Shown: positions 9,305-19,910 of the stretch, in pieces | Layout: every line of letters starts with the position of its first letter | Position numbering within the stretch: position 1 is the stretch's first letter | Source: an uncultured Alphaproteobacteria bacterium | Lineage (GTDB): Bacteria > Pseudomonadota > Alphaproteobacteria > SP197 | Assembly (NCBI GenBank): GCA_943787175.1 | Contig: CALSLK010000016.1 | Span: 34,649 to 98,648, forward strand | Length of the DNA: 64,000 nt | Reading direction: 5' to 3' | Translations under genes and position numbers: made by a program | Notes under the pieces: generated by a model | What the model saw: only the letters and a program-made list of their open reading frames with translations | Told to the model about the DNA's origin: nothing | Databases searched by the model: none

Positions 9305-9852
9305 GCGAACGTCATGATGCACGCTTCCTCGCCGCGCTTGATATCGTATTGGCGCATGAGGGTGGCCACGCCAACGACCCCGATGATCCCGGTGGAGCGA
9401 CCAACTACGGCATCTCTTTGCGCTGGTTGCGCTCTTTGGGTGAACTCGAAGGCGACCTTGATGATGACGGGGATGTCGATGGGGAGGATATCCTGGGTCT
9501 GCGCCGAGAGGAAGCTGCGCGGTTTTATTACGAACACTGGTGGCAGCCACAGGGTTACGGGCAGTTTTCCTCAGATGCGGTCGCTGCCAAGACCTTTGAT
9601 CTCGCCATCAACATGGGGCCACGTGCGGCACATCGGATCCTGCAACGTGCCGTGCGTGCGGCCAGCGGGCAGGCGCTGATCGATGATGGTGTCATCGGCC
9701 CGAAAACCAGACTGGCTGTAGAGGCCTGCTCGGGTGGCCAGCTCACTGCGGCGATGAGATCCGAAGCCGCTGGCACATACAGGCTGATCGCAGTCGGCAA
9801 ACCCAGACTGAACAAATTCCTGCGCGGCTGGTTGAACCGCGCCTATTCCTGA
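9301..9852 (+). CDS. Glycoside hydrolase family 108 endolysin (TtsA/ZliS-like) with PG-binding C-terminus
   Basis: Catalytic motif HEGGHANDPDDPGGATNYGI, IDDGVIGPKT, and C-terminal KFLRGWLNR. Confidence 0.9.
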   Translation: MSERHDARFLAALDIVLAHEGGHANDPDDPGGATNYGISLRWLRSLGELEGDLDDDGDVDGEDILGLRREEAARFYYEHWWQPQGYGQFSSDAVAAKTFDLAINMGPRAAHRILQRAVRAASGQALIDDGVIGPKTRLAVEACSGGQLTAAMRSEAAGTYRLIAVGKPRLNKFLRGWLNRAYS

Positions 9853-9864
9853 AAGGAGAACGTG

Positions 9865-9987
9865 ATGGAGATGATGAAATCCTGGTGGCGTGAGATGCCT
9901 GCAAAATGGCGTGATCGCGTCACGAATTTGGCGATGTTTACCGTTGCCTTCCTGGCAACCGTGGTTGTTGTCGAGGTGCTGGCATGA
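9865..9987 (+). CDS. Small single-TM protein (40 aa), not in the ORF track
   Basis: RBS AAGGAG at ~9853; reads MEMMKSWWREMPAKWRDRVTNLAMFTVAFLATVVVVEVLA*; stop overlaps the holin ATG (ATGA). Confidence 0.6.
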   Translation: MEMMKSWWREMPAKWRDRVTNLAMFTVAFLATVVVVEVLA

Positions 9988-10388
9988 TCGCTGCCCTGCT
10001 GCCCCTGTTGGGAACGGTGCTCGACAAGGTGTTGCCGCGCATCGTTGGTGACAAGGACCAGGTCAACGCGATCAAGGCTGAGGTAACGTCTGCCCTGATC
10101 GCCCAGGAAGGTGAGTTACGCCAGGCCGCGGCCGACATCGTCAAAACCGAGGCGCTGGGTCATTCCTGGCTACAACGCAACTGGCGCCCGCTGTTGATGC
10201 TGACCATCGTCGCCATTGTTGCGAACAATTACCTGGTGGCGCCCTACGCGCAGGCTCTGTTTGGCGTGGGCATCGCGCTCGAACTTCCTGAGCGTCTGTG
10301 GGACCTGATGATGGTCGGTGTTGGCGGTTATGTCGTGGGGCGTTCGGTCGAACGGGGTATTGATCTCTGGCGTAAGGAAGAAAATTGA
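9984..10388 (+). CDS. 3TM-type holin (GTA_holin_3TM-like)
   Basis: EALGHSWLQRNWRPLLM and LWDLMMVGVGGYVVGRSVE family signatures. Confidence 0.85.
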   Translation: MIAALLPLLGTVLDKVLPRIVGDKDQVNAIKAEVTSALIAQEGELRQAAADIVKTEALGHSWLQRNWRPLLMLTIVAIVANNYLVAPYAQALFGVGIALELPERLWDLMMVGVGGYVVGRSVERGIDLWRKEEN

Positions 10389-10529
10389 ACCTGACTAAAG
10401 CACATCACGCTGGCATCGAATCGCCTTGTGAGTGATGCAAGCATGTGAAGATGCTCTTGCTCTATTTGGCAGAGCGAATTCACAAGATTGCTTGGTCCCA
10501 CAGGATGGGCCAAGCAATCTTGATCCGCT

Positions 10530-11048
10530 CTAAACGGTATCGGTGTCCGGGTTTTTGTCCTGGATGACAGGTTTGCTTGATGTTTCGACCAGCGCGACAT
10601 CGCCGCTGATGCGTCCGCCCTTGTCGACTTTCAGTTCACCATAACGGATAGATCCTGCGAGATCGCCGTCACCGCAAACTGTCAGGCATTCGCGGACGTG
10701 AAGGGTTCCCTCGAAACGCCCCCGGATCTCGGCGTTGGCGACATGCGCATCACCCTTCACGGAGCCACCAGCATCGATCCGCATGGTGGCTGCACGAATA
10801 GATGCTTCGACTTCACCCTCGACGATGACATCGCCCTGGGCATCGATTTCGCCCTTCAGGCGTGTTCCGCGTCCGATGACGAAGTCTGTCGGGCCGTCAT
10901 CGATCAAGGAATCCCTGGGCGGTTGCGAAGAGTTCGATCGGCCGGTGTCGGGAGTCGGATAGCGGTCCAGAATTGACTGGGTCTGTGTCGCGACGGGGGT
11001 TTTCGCCGGCGATTCGGCCGGTGTTTCTGACTTGCGGAGGTTGAGCAT
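10530..11048 (-). CDS. Bactofilin (polymer-forming cytoskeletal protein)
   Basis: FVIGRGTRLKGEIDAQGDVIVEGEVEA beta-helix repeats; start reassigned to MLNLRK. Confidence 0.85.
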   Translation of the reverse strand: MLNLRKSETPAESPAKTPVATQTQSILDRYPTPDTGRSNSSQPPRDSLIDDGPTDFVIGRGTRLKGEIDAQGDVIVEGEVEASIRAATMRIDAGGSVKGDAHVANAEIRGRFEGTLHVRECLTVCGDGDLAGSIRYGELKVDKGGRISGDVALVETSSKPVIQDKNPDTDTV

Positions 11049-11366
11049 GATGATCGTCCCTGGCTGGTTCCTGTTGCACGAGATAGCGACAGGGTTGGCC
11101 GGGGCTACTGGGAGCAAGGACGATCAGGGTCACCAATCCGTTCTGGGTGGCAACCTGGCCAATTCCCAGCACGGTGTCAGTGTCGTTCTGATTAGTCTTG
11201 CCTTGTCCGTTCATCATTCTTCCCCTGGTGCGGCAACGCGCTGCATCGTTTCGATGTCGATGCAGGCTTGCTGCCGTTCCCTGCGACCTTTGCCGCTGTG
11301 TTGCAGTCAAGGCGATGAAAGGGGCGCAACAGGGGTCGTGATGTGGTGATTGTGTGGCGTGTTGCC

Positions 11367-12269
11367 TCAAGGTGCCGGGTTGCCAGTTGATTCCGGTAGC
11401 GAAGGTTCTGGCTTGGTGGTCGCCTTGACCTTCCAGAGGTGAATGAAGCCGACGGACGCCAGAACGATGGCCCCACCGATCAGGACATAAGGCGTGAGGT
11501 GTTCGCCCAGGAACAGGACGCTTCCAATGATGCTGGTGACTGGCACCAACAGGATGAACGGAATGATCTGGTTCATTCGGTAGATGCCGATCAACCGGAA
11601 CCACAGGGCATAACCTGTTGCCGTCATGATGAGGGCCAGATAGGCGACTGCGACCCAGCCTCCCCAGCTTGCCGACTGCACCGCGGACCACTGGCCGTCC
11701 TCCACAATGAACGACGCGATCAGAAGCTGTGGTCCAGCGAAAGCCGAGAACCATGCGATAAGGCGTAACCCGCCGACCTGCCCGATCGATTTGATCAGGA
11801 TCTGGCCACCTGCCCAGATGATTCCGCCGGCAATGACCAGGATAAAGGGTAGGGGGTTGCTCTGGATTCGTGGCTCGCCGGCAATCAGGGCGACGCCGAG
11901 AATGGCAAACGCCATGGCAATCCATTGTTGCCAGGCTAGCTTGTCCTTGAAAAAGATGCCGGCAAAGAGCGAGACGAAGACGACTTCGAGCTGAACAATG
12001 AGAACAGCTGTGGAAGCGTCCATGCCGTTGAGACCGGTGAACTGAAGACTATAGGCCAGCATGCCGCCGACCAGGGCCGCCAGAAACAGCCGGCCTGCCT
12101 GGTCCCACATGGGTTTTACGAACCAGATGAGGACGAGTGCGGCGATGGAGAAGCGCATGCCCATGAGGAAGATGGGCGGGAACTGATCGAACGTGCCTTT
12201 GGCAACCGTAAATCCGGCACCCCAGATCATGGGAACCGTGATGGCAATAAGGAGGTCGAGTGGTTTCAT
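11367..12269 (-). CDS. DMT/EamA family transporter
   Basis: About ten TM segments in two EamA repeats. Confidence 0.85.
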   Translation of the reverse strand: MKPLDLLIAITVPMIWGAGFTVAKGTFDQFPPIFLMGMRFSIAALVLIWFVKPMWDQAGRLFLAALVGGMLAYSLQFTGLNGMDASTAVLIVQLEVVFVSLFAGIFFKDKLAWQQWIAMAFAILGVALIAGEPRIQSNPLPFILVIAGGIIWAGGQILIKSIGQVGGLRLIAWFSAFAGPQLLIASFIVEDGQWSAVQSASWGGWVAVAYLALIMTATGYALWFRLIGIYRMNQIIPFILLVPVTSIIGSVLFLGEHLTPYVLIGGAIVLASVGFIHLWKVKATTKPEPSLPESTGNPAP

Positions 12270-12373
12270 GGGCGGAAGCGCTCAAAGGGAATCCATTGGT
12301 GACGGGCATTGCTGCGACTGGCAAGGACAAAGCGAGGCTTGCTTGTCTGGCTGGCTGACGGCATCGTCCGCCC

Positions 12374-12820
12374 ATGCTGATGCTGACAACCATTCATGGC
12401 CTGATGACAGACGATGCGCTGCATGAGCGTCTTCATGGGTTGAGCCACAACGATGCCGTCGAGACAATCCGACTGGAGCGTCAAGATATGCAGCGCCACC
12501 GGCTTCGCGTGGAGACAGACAAGGGCACGATCTGTGCAATTGCGCTGCCACGTGACGTGTCCCTGGAAGACGGCGCCATACTGGAGATTGACGAGAACCG
12601 GGCCATTGTGGTGCGCGCGATCGAGGAGCGCTGGCTGGAACTGGTTCCACGTGACGCGGAGGCCGCACTTGAGCTTGGGTATCATGCTGGCAATCTTCAT
12701 TGGCGCGTTCAGTTCCGCGACGGACGTTTGGCAGTCGCGCTGGAAGGCCCGGAACAGGCCTATCTGGATCGTTTGACCATGTTTTTTGACGATGGACGTG
12801 CGCAGCGTGCCGATGGTTGA
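12374..12820 (+). CDS. ureE: Urease accessory protein UreE (no His-rich tail)
   Basis: RHRLRVETDKGT and ELGYHAGNLHW motifs. Confidence 0.8.
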   Translation: MLMLTTIHGLMTDDALHERLHGLSHNDAVETIRLERQDMQRHRLRVETDKGTICAIALPRDVSLEDGAILEIDENRAIVVRAIEERWLELVPRDAEAALELGYHAGNLHWRVQFRDGRLAVALEGPEQAYLDRLTMFFDDGRAQRADG

Positions 12821-13484
12821 TGCCGATAAACTCCTGAGGAGTCTGCAGATGGGGGACAGCAGTTTCCCCTCTGGCGGCTTTGCCTTTTCCTGGGGGCTCG
12901 AAACGCTGAAAACCGATGGCTTGGTAAGTGACAGGTCTGGTGTGGAGTCTTTTGCGCGCTCTCAACTGCGCTGGCGTTGGGCTACCGCCGACAGGCTGTT
13001 TCTTCGCAGGGCCGCAGATGCCAGGGATGTTGTGGAACTGGCTGAGCTGGATCGCGAAGTCGAGGTAATGACGCTTGCCAGGGAGCTGAGGGATGGCTCG
13101 CGGAGGGCAGGGCGCTCACTCCTGCGGGCCCATGAATCCATGGAGACGCCGGGTGTATCGGCATACAGAGCAGCAATCGCCGACGGTTCTGCGTTGGGAC
13201 ACCTGCCCGTTGCCCAAGGTCTTGTTTGGCATGGTATGGGCATGACGATCGATGAGATCGAGGCGGTTTCGGCCTATGCAATGGCAGCCGGTATTGCCCA
13301 GGCTGCCGTGCGACTTGCGCTGCTCGGACCGCTTGAAGCCCAGTCTATGCTTTCGATCCTGAGGAAAGATATGACGGAAGTGCTGGGGCAGAAGCCGCCG
13401 GTTCGTCCGTATGCATTCACGCCGGCGGCAGAGATTGCCGTGATGCGCCATGAGCGTGGCGATGCACGTCTATTTGCCAATTGA
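12786..13484 (+). CDS. ureF: Urease accessory protein UreF
   Basis: LQMGDSSFPSGGFAFSWGLET and MRHERGDARLFAN terminus; true start may be 12810. Confidence 0.85.
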   Translation: MTMDVRSVPMVDADKLLRSLQMGDSSFPSGGFAFSWGLETLKTDGLVSDRSGVESFARSQLRWRWATADRLFLRRAADARDVVELAELDREVEVMTLARELRDGSRRAGRSLLRAHESMETPGVSAYRAAIADGSALGHLPVAQGLVWHGMGMTIDEIEAVSAYAMAAGIAQAAVRLALLGPLEAQSMLSILRKDMTEVLGQKPPVRPYAFTPAAEIAVMRHERGDARLFAN

Positions 13485-13526
13485 TGCGCGGCAGGGTGAG
13501 TGGATTGCAGAGGGTATGAGCAAACG

Positions 13527-14150
13527 ATGAACAACAAACCAGCAAGCGCAGCACGTGTCGGCATTGGTGGGCCGGTCGGGTCCGGCAAGACTGCGTTGGT
13601 CGAGCAGGTGATTCCACGCTTTGCACGGCGCGGAACCCGTCTGGCTGTCATCACGAATGACTTGGTGACCAAAGAGGATGCCGAGCGCCTCAAACGCAGC
13701 GGGTTGATTGACCCGGAACGGGTTGTTGCTGTGGAAGCAGGTGCGTGTCCTCACACGGTCATTCGCGAGGACCCCACGCTCAACCTTGATGCCGCCGAAT
13801 TGCTGGAACTCAAGTTCGCACCGCTTGATCTGGTCCTGCTGGAATCGGGTGGGGACAATCTGGCTTCGACGTTTTCACTGGAGCTGGTCGACTACTGGAT
13901 GTTTGTGATCGACGTTGCCGGTGGCGGAGACATCCCGCGCAAACGCGGCCCCGGCGTTCTGCAATCGGACCTGCTGATCATCAACAAGTCGGACTTGGCG
14001 CCCCATGTCGGCGTTGACCTGGATCTGATGATTGCCGAGGCTGAGGCCGTCCGGGGCGGCAAGCCTGTGATCGTGACCAATTGCCACACGGGTGAGGGGG
14101 TCGATGCCATCATCGATCATGTCGCTCGTGATGTACTGTTCGACAGTTGA
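13527..14150 (+). CDS. ureG: Urease accessory GTPase UreG
   Basis: [12 protein letters not shown] metal site ([11 protein letters not shown]), ESGGDNL, INKSDL. Confidence 0.9.
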   Translation: MNNKPASAARVGIGGPVGSGKTALVEQVIPRFARRGTRLAVITNDLVTKEDAERLKRSGLIDPERVVAVEAGACPHTVIREDPTLNLDAAELLELKFAPLDLVLLESGGDNLASTFSLELVDYWMFVIDVAGGGDIPRKRGPGVLQSDLLIINKSDLAPHVGVDLDLMIAEAEAVRGGKPVIVTNCHTGEGVDAIIDHVARDVLFDS

Positions 14151-14962
14151 TGGCAGCCGTTGAGCAGATCAGTGAGGCGCGGCCACAGCTTGGGCTGACG
14201 TTCGCCCATGCGCCTTCGGGTGAGACCTATCTGAAACGTCAGTATACCCGCTTCCCCTTTCATGTGACCCAGCCATTCCATCTGGACGGGGAGGTTTCTG
14301 GCGAAGCAACCGTGATTCTCCAGGCGTTGGGGGCGGGGCTTGTCCAGGGTGATCGTATTGCCATGGATGTGCTTGTGGAATCCGGTGCGTGTGCGCATCT
14401 GACGACGCAGGGATCAACGGTTGCCCATGCCATGCCCGAAGGGAGAGCGGAACAAGATGCGCGTGTGGTCGTCTGTGAAGACGCTACGCTTCATTATCTG
14501 CCACGCCCCATGATCCTGTTTGCTGATGCCGAAGTGACCACGCGGCTGGAAATCACGGTGCAAGAAGGCGCCCGCGTGCTGTGGTGTGACGGTTATCTGG
14601 CCCACGATGCTGCAGGGAATGGCGAGCGTTTCACAAGACTCGACGCGGAAGCGGTGTTGTACGATGCCTCAGGAAAAATACTGGCGCTTGACCGTTTTGT
14701 GGTCGATGGTGCAACGCTTGATGCGCCCGGCGTGATGGCAGGCTTTCCCGTGCACGCTGGATTTGGGTGCCATGGTTATTGCGAACCAACAGTCATCGTG
14801 GAAGAGCTCGCTGCAGCGATGTTGGATGATGACGCTATCTATCTTGGCGTTTCGGAGCTGCCCGATGAACAGGGGTTGTTCGGGCGCATTCTGGCCAGAG
14901 ATGGTGTGGCTCTGAGACGGGCCATGTCGCTTGTCAGAGAGATTGTCGCAGCGTCGCCTTAA
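14147..14962 (+). CDS. ureD: Urease accessory protein UreD/UreH
   Basis: AGLVQGDRI and HLTTQGST motifs; follows ureG. Confidence 0.8.
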   Translation: MMAAVEQISEARPQLGLTFAHAPSGETYLKRQYTRFPFHVTQPFHLDGEVSGEATVILQALGAGLVQGDRIAMDVLVESGACAHLTTQGSTVAHAMPEGRAEQDARVVVCEDATLHYLPRPMILFADAEVTTRLEITVQEGARVLWCDGYLAHDAAGNGERFTRLDAEAVLYDASGKILALDRFVVDGATLDAPGVMAGFPVHAGFGCHGYCEPTVIVEELAAAMLDDDAIYLGVSELPDEQGLFGRILARDGVALRRAMSLVREIVAASP

Positions 14963-16137
14963 CTCAACTCACGCATGGCATCATCGAGACCTTCAAGGGT
15001 AAGAGGATACATGCGGCCATCCATGATCTCGTGAACCATGCCTATGGAGCCGGTGTAGCGCCAGCGCTCCTGCGGCACGGGATTGAGCCAGACGGCTTTG
15101 GGATAGACCTGCAGGACGCGGCGCAGCCATGTCTCTCCGGATTCCTCATTGAAGTGTTCAACGCTGCCACCGGGTACGGCAATCTCGTAGGGGCTCATGG
15201 ACGCATCACCGACCAGCACCAACTTGTAGTCACTGGGATAGGTGTGGAGCACTTCCCAGGTTGGTGTGGTTTGGCGATGACGGCGAATGTTCTCGCGCCA
15301 GACGTTTTCGTAGAGGCAGTTATGGAAGTACCAGGCTTCCAGATGCTTGAACTCTGAGCGGGCGGCAGAAAACAGTTCTTCGCAGGCGCGGATGTGCCAG
15401 TCCATGGAGCCGCCGATATCGAGCATCAGCAAGAGTTTCACCGCGTTGTGGCGTTCGGCGACCATCTTGAGGTCGAGCCAGCCTGCATTTTTGGCTGTCG
15501 AGTTGATGGTGTCGTCGATGTCGAGTTCGGTCGCTGCACCTTCGCGGGCAAATCGGCGCAGGCGGCGCAGGGCAACCTTGATGTTGCGCGTGTTGATTTC
15601 AACTTCGCCGTCAAGATCCTTGAACTCCCGCTTGTCCCAGACCTTCACGGCCGAGAAATTCCGGTTGCCGTCCTGGCCGATACGCACGCCTTCGGGATTG
15701 TAGCCATAGGCTCCGAACGGTGATGTTCCGGCGGTTCCGATCCATTTGGAGCCGCCCTGATGGCGCTTCTCCTGTTCCTCCATGCGCTGTTTCAGCGTCT
15801 CCATGAGCTTTTCCCAGCCGCCCATGGCTTCGATGGCTTCTTTCTCTTCGTCGGAAAGATTGAGCTCAGCCAGCTTCTTCAACCACTCCTCGGGAATCTC
15901 GGCTGTAGTCTCTTCGCCTTCGGGTTTTTCGAGGCCACGGAAGACATGCGCAAAGACGCGGTCAAAGCGATCCAGGTGTCGCTCGTCCTTCACCAGTGCC
16001 GTGCGGGCGAGATAGTAGAAGTCGTCGACGGATTGATCCGCGACACCGGCCTGCGTTGCCGCAAGCAGGTCGAGATATTCGCGCAGGCTGACGGGAACGC
16101 CGGCTTCCTTCAGTTCCAGGAACAGTCCGGTAAACAT
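14959..16137 (-). CDS. VWA-domain protein (CoxE-like)
   Basis: HQGGSKWIGTAGTSPFG and MIDAS-like LDIGGSM. Confidence 0.85.
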   Translation of the reverse strand: MFTGLFLELKEAGVPVSLREYLDLLAATQAGVADQSVDDFYYLARTALVKDERHLDRFDRVFAHVFRGLEKPEGEETTAEIPEEWLKKLAELNLSDEEKEAIEAMGGWEKLMETLKQRMEEQEKRHQGGSKWIGTAGTSPFGAYGYNPEGVRIGQDGNRNFSAVKVWDKREFKDLDGEVEINTRNIKVALRRLRRFAREGAATELDIDDTINSTAKNAGWLDLKMVAERHNAVKLLLMLDIGGSMDWHIRACEELFSAARSEFKHLEAWYFHNCLYENVWRENIRRHRQTTPTWEVLHTYPSDYKLVLVGDASMSPYEIAVPGGSVEHFNEESGETWLRRVLQVYPKAVWLNPVPQERWRYTGSIGMVHEIMDGRMYPLTLEGLDDAMRELS

Positions 16138-16144
16138 CGCGTTT

Positions 16145-16990
<846 letters not shown>

Positions 16991-17020
16991 GGATGAAACT
17001 CCCCTAGATCTAATCCTGAA

Positions 17021-17827
17021 TTACCAGTGTGCCTTGAATCCGAGAAGCATCGGAATGTCCTTGGCGCCATTGGTTATGTACCAGTAGCCGTCTTCGCGTT
17101 TTTCCATGTCAGGAAAGTAGCGCCAGGAGGCGAACGGATACTCTCTTACGTCGACCACGGTAAGTCCGTTCCGCTGCAAGGCGCCGAAGATATCCTGCAT
17201 GGGCCAATTGAAGGATCGCGACTCCGATTGAATCTTGTACTCCCAATCGGCGTAATCTGTGCCGCCAGCTGGCTCCAGTAGCGGCTCCTCGTTATGGAAG
17301 TAGTCATAGCGAATCTTGAAGTCCGCTGTCTCTTCGTCGAACAGCATTGCCGTTGGATGCGAATCGAGAAAGTAGAAGAAGCCGTTCTCGGCCAGGTTCT
17401 GAGCAATGGTCGCGGCCCAGGCTTCAAGGCTTTCCAGCCAGACAATTGTGCCAAGCGAGGTAAAGACGACATCGAATTTGTCTTCGCCAACCTTGCCCAG
17501 CTTCGTGACATCAGCCTCGATGAAGCGCGCCTGGTCGGAAAGTCCGGTCTTCTCGGCAAGAGCCGTTGCCTGGGCGACAGCTTCGCTTGAGAAATCAACA
17601 CCGACCACTTCTGCACCCATGCGTGCCCAGGACAGCGTATCCATACCGAAATGGCATTGCAGATGAAGCAGGCGTTTGCCCTTCACATCACCAACGGCAT
17701 GCCGTTCGATGGCGCCCAGCGTGTTGCGGCCGCCAAGGAACCCCTCGACGTCATAAAACTCGCTCTTGGTGTGCACCGGTGTGACTTCGTTCCACCAGCG
17801 TTTGTTCACGTCATGGGGGTGTTCCAT
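17021..17827 (-). CDS. Class I SAM-dependent methyltransferase
   Basis: LLHLQCHFGMDTLSWARMGAEVVGVDFS motif I. Confidence 0.85.
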   Translation of the reverse strand: MEHPHDVNKRWWNEVTPVHTKSEFYDVEGFLGGRNTLGAIERHAVGDVKGKRLLHLQCHFGMDTLSWARMGAEVVGVDFSSEAVAQATALAEKTGLSDQARFIEADVTKLGKVGEDKFDVVFTSLGTIVWLESLEAWAATIAQNLAENGFFYFLDSHPTAMLFDEETADFKIRYDYFHNEEPLLEPAGGTDYADWEYKIQSESRSFNWPMQDIFGALQRNGLTVVDVREYPFASWRYFPDMEKREDGYWYITNGAKDIPMLLGFKAHW

Positions 17828-17839
17828 GAGTTTTGATCC

Positions 17840-18691
17840 TTAGAGTTTGAACCCCGCATCGCGCGCGAAGTCGAAATAGAGTTCCCGGGCCTTCCGGTAG
17901 GCCGGGCCAGGCTGGAGTTCACGGTCATTGATCTTCGTGCAAGGAATGACCTTGCTGTAGTTGCCGGTCGAGAAGATCTCGTCAGCCTCAGACAGATCGG
18001 CATAGGTGATCGTACGTTCGATAACATCCATGCCGGAATCGCGCAGAAGATCCGTGACACGCTGGCGCGTAATACCATTCAGAAAGGTATCGTTTGGCAC
18101 GGGCGTGTGGACTTGTCCGTCTTTGGCATAAAACAGGTTGGCGGTGGCGAACTCGGCCACGTTGCCTTCGTAATCCAGCATGACGGCATTGTCGTAGCCG
18201 GTCTGGCGAGCACGACGCACTGCTTCGCCGCTGGTCGGATAGAGGCACGAAGCCTTGGCAAGCGTTGGCGCCATATCGGGCGCAGGGCGGCGGAGATCAG
18301 AAAGGCATGTCGAAAAACCCTTGGGCTCTTCCATGGGTGCGACTTCCAGCACCATCAGGAACTTCGTGAGTTCGGCGACGGCCCAGAGCGAGTCGCTGCG
18401 ACCGCTCCAGTATGTAGGGCGGATATAGAGCTGCTTGTCAGCAGGAAACTTGCGGGCCATGTCTGCAGCGAGTTCGATCAGGTCATCTGCGGTTTCCTTG
18501 GGCTCCATGCCCATGACACGCGCAGAATTGATGCAGCGATTCATGTGCCGCTCGATATCTGGCATCACACCGTCAAAGGCCCGAGCGCCATCAAAGATCA
18601 TGGTGGCAAACCAGAACGACTGATCAAGGGGCCCCATGATCATAGGGTTGCCTTCAGAGAAGTTACCCTCGTGGTAGGTCAGCTGTTCCAT
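17840..18691 (-). CDS. Class IV aminotransferase (branched-chain type)
   Basis: AKASCLY, EFATANLF, FLNGITRQ, STGNYSKV PLP motifs. Confidence 0.85.
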   Translation of the reverse strand: MEQLTYHEGNFSEGNPMIMGPLDQSFWFATMIFDGARAFDGVMPDIERHMNRCINSARVMGMEPKETADDLIELAADMARKFPADKQLYIRPTYWSGRSDSLWAVAELTKFLMVLEVAPMEEPKGFSTCLSDLRRPAPDMAPTLAKASCLYPTSGEAVRRARQTGYDNAVMLDYEGNVAEFATANLFYAKDGQVHTPVPNDTFLNGITRQRVTDLLRDSGMDVIERTITYADLSEADEIFSTGNYSKVIPCTKINDRELQPGPAYRKARELYFDFARDAGFKL

Positions 18692-18793
18692 CGTTCCTCC
18701 AGTGCGTACAGGTCGTCTGCTTAGCATGGCCACTTCGACCTGTGCAGGCCTTAACGATCCACATTGTGTGATCGGGCCTCTCCCTGTTAGAGA

Positions 18794-19861
18794 GTGGGTG
18801 TGTCCGTCCTATACCGCCTTGTCGGCCCCGTTCTTCGAGGGCTGGATCCCGAAACAGCGCACAACCTGACTCTGCGGGCGCTTGAATTGGGTTTGGCCGG
18901 CAAGGCGTCAAACAGATCCAGAGTTTCGCTCCAGGTGTCGGTTGCCGGCCTGACGTTTCCGAACCCTGTCGGTCTTGCGGCTGGGTTCGATAAGGATGCA
19001 CGGGTTCCCGGCCGAATGCTCGCGCTTGGATTTGGTTTTGTCGAAGTAGGGTCGCTCACACCCAAAGCCCAATCGGGCAACCCTTTACCCAGAATCTTCC
19101 GCCTGGCTGAGGATGAAGCCGTAATCAATCGTCTGGGTTTCAACAATGGCGGCATGGATGCTGCGGCGGCGCGCCTTGAGCAACGCAATCGTTCCTACGG
19201 CCTGGTCGGCGTCAACATCGGAAAGAACAAGACATCCCCGGACGCAATCGAGGACTACCAGTTGGTCTTTGAAAAGTTGGCGCCATTTGCAGACTACGTT
19301 GTCGTCAACGTTTCTTCGCCCAATACACCGGGGTTACGCGACCTACAGGCTGTCGAGAGCCTGCGCCCGCTTCTGACCCGTCTGTTCGAGGTGCGCTCGA
19401 ACCTGTCGGGTGAGATTTCCAGGCTGCCGATCTTTCTCAAGCTTGCTCCCGACCTTGCAATCGATGATGCCATTGCTGCTGCAGACCTTGCAGCGGCATG
19501 TGGCATGGACGGGTTGGTCATCTCGAATACAACGATTGATCGGCCTGAATTTCTCAGATCGTCGAACAAACTAGAAGCTGGCGGCCTTTCCGGGCGGCCA
19601 CTCTTCGATAAGTCCACGGAGTTACTACGCCAGGTTTATCGCGCCCAGGGCAGTCGCCTGCCAATCGTGGGCGTCGGCGGCATTGCGTCGGCACAAGACG
19701 CGTACACAAAGATCAGGGCTGGCGCCTCGCTGGTCCAACTCTACTCTGCGCTGATCTATCAGGGGCCCGGATTGGTCAGCAGTATCGTTGATGGTCTGGA
19801 GAAGCTGGTCGCAGACGATGGGTTCGCAAACGTGGCGGAAGCAATCGGCATCGATGCGTGA
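18794..19861 (+). CDS. pyrD: Quinone-dependent dihydroorotate dehydrogenase
   Basis: NPVGLAAGFDK, NRLGFNN, NVSSPNTPGLR, GGLSG. Confidence 0.95.
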   Translation: MGVSVLYRLVGPVLRGLDPETAHNLTLRALELGLAGKASNRSRVSLQVSVAGLTFPNPVGLAAGFDKDARVPGRMLALGFGFVEVGSLTPKAQSGNPLPRIFRLAEDEAVINRLGFNNGGMDAAAARLEQRNRSYGLVGVNIGKNKTSPDAIEDYQLVFEKLAPFADYVVVNVSSPNTPGLRDLQAVESLRPLLTRLFEVRSNLSGEISRLPIFLKLAPDLAIDDAIAAADLAAACGMDGLVISNTTIDRPEFLRSSNKLEAGGLSGRPLFDKSTELLRQVYRAQGSRLPIVGVGGIASAQDAYTKIRAGASLVQLYSALIYQGPGLVSSIVDGLEKLVADDGFANVAEAIGIDA

Positions 19862-19910
19862 CGTCTGAGGGGCGGGCGTGGCAAGGTTTACAGCCTAAGC
19901 CTGCAGCCAA

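Larger units (their letters stand above)
251..10388. mobile_element. Prophage-derived / GTA-like packaging-and-lysis module (defective or domesticated)
   Basis: Contiguous repressor, TerS, TerL, portal, Bbp19-like, endolysin and holin genes. No integrase, replication or recognisable capsid gene; no att repeats seen. Left boundary may lie outside the window. Confidence 0.8.

Noticed and set aside
1-10530. attL/attR direct repeats bounding the phage-like module
   Set aside because: None found by eye and no tRNA or integrase is adjacent; the left end may lie outside the window.
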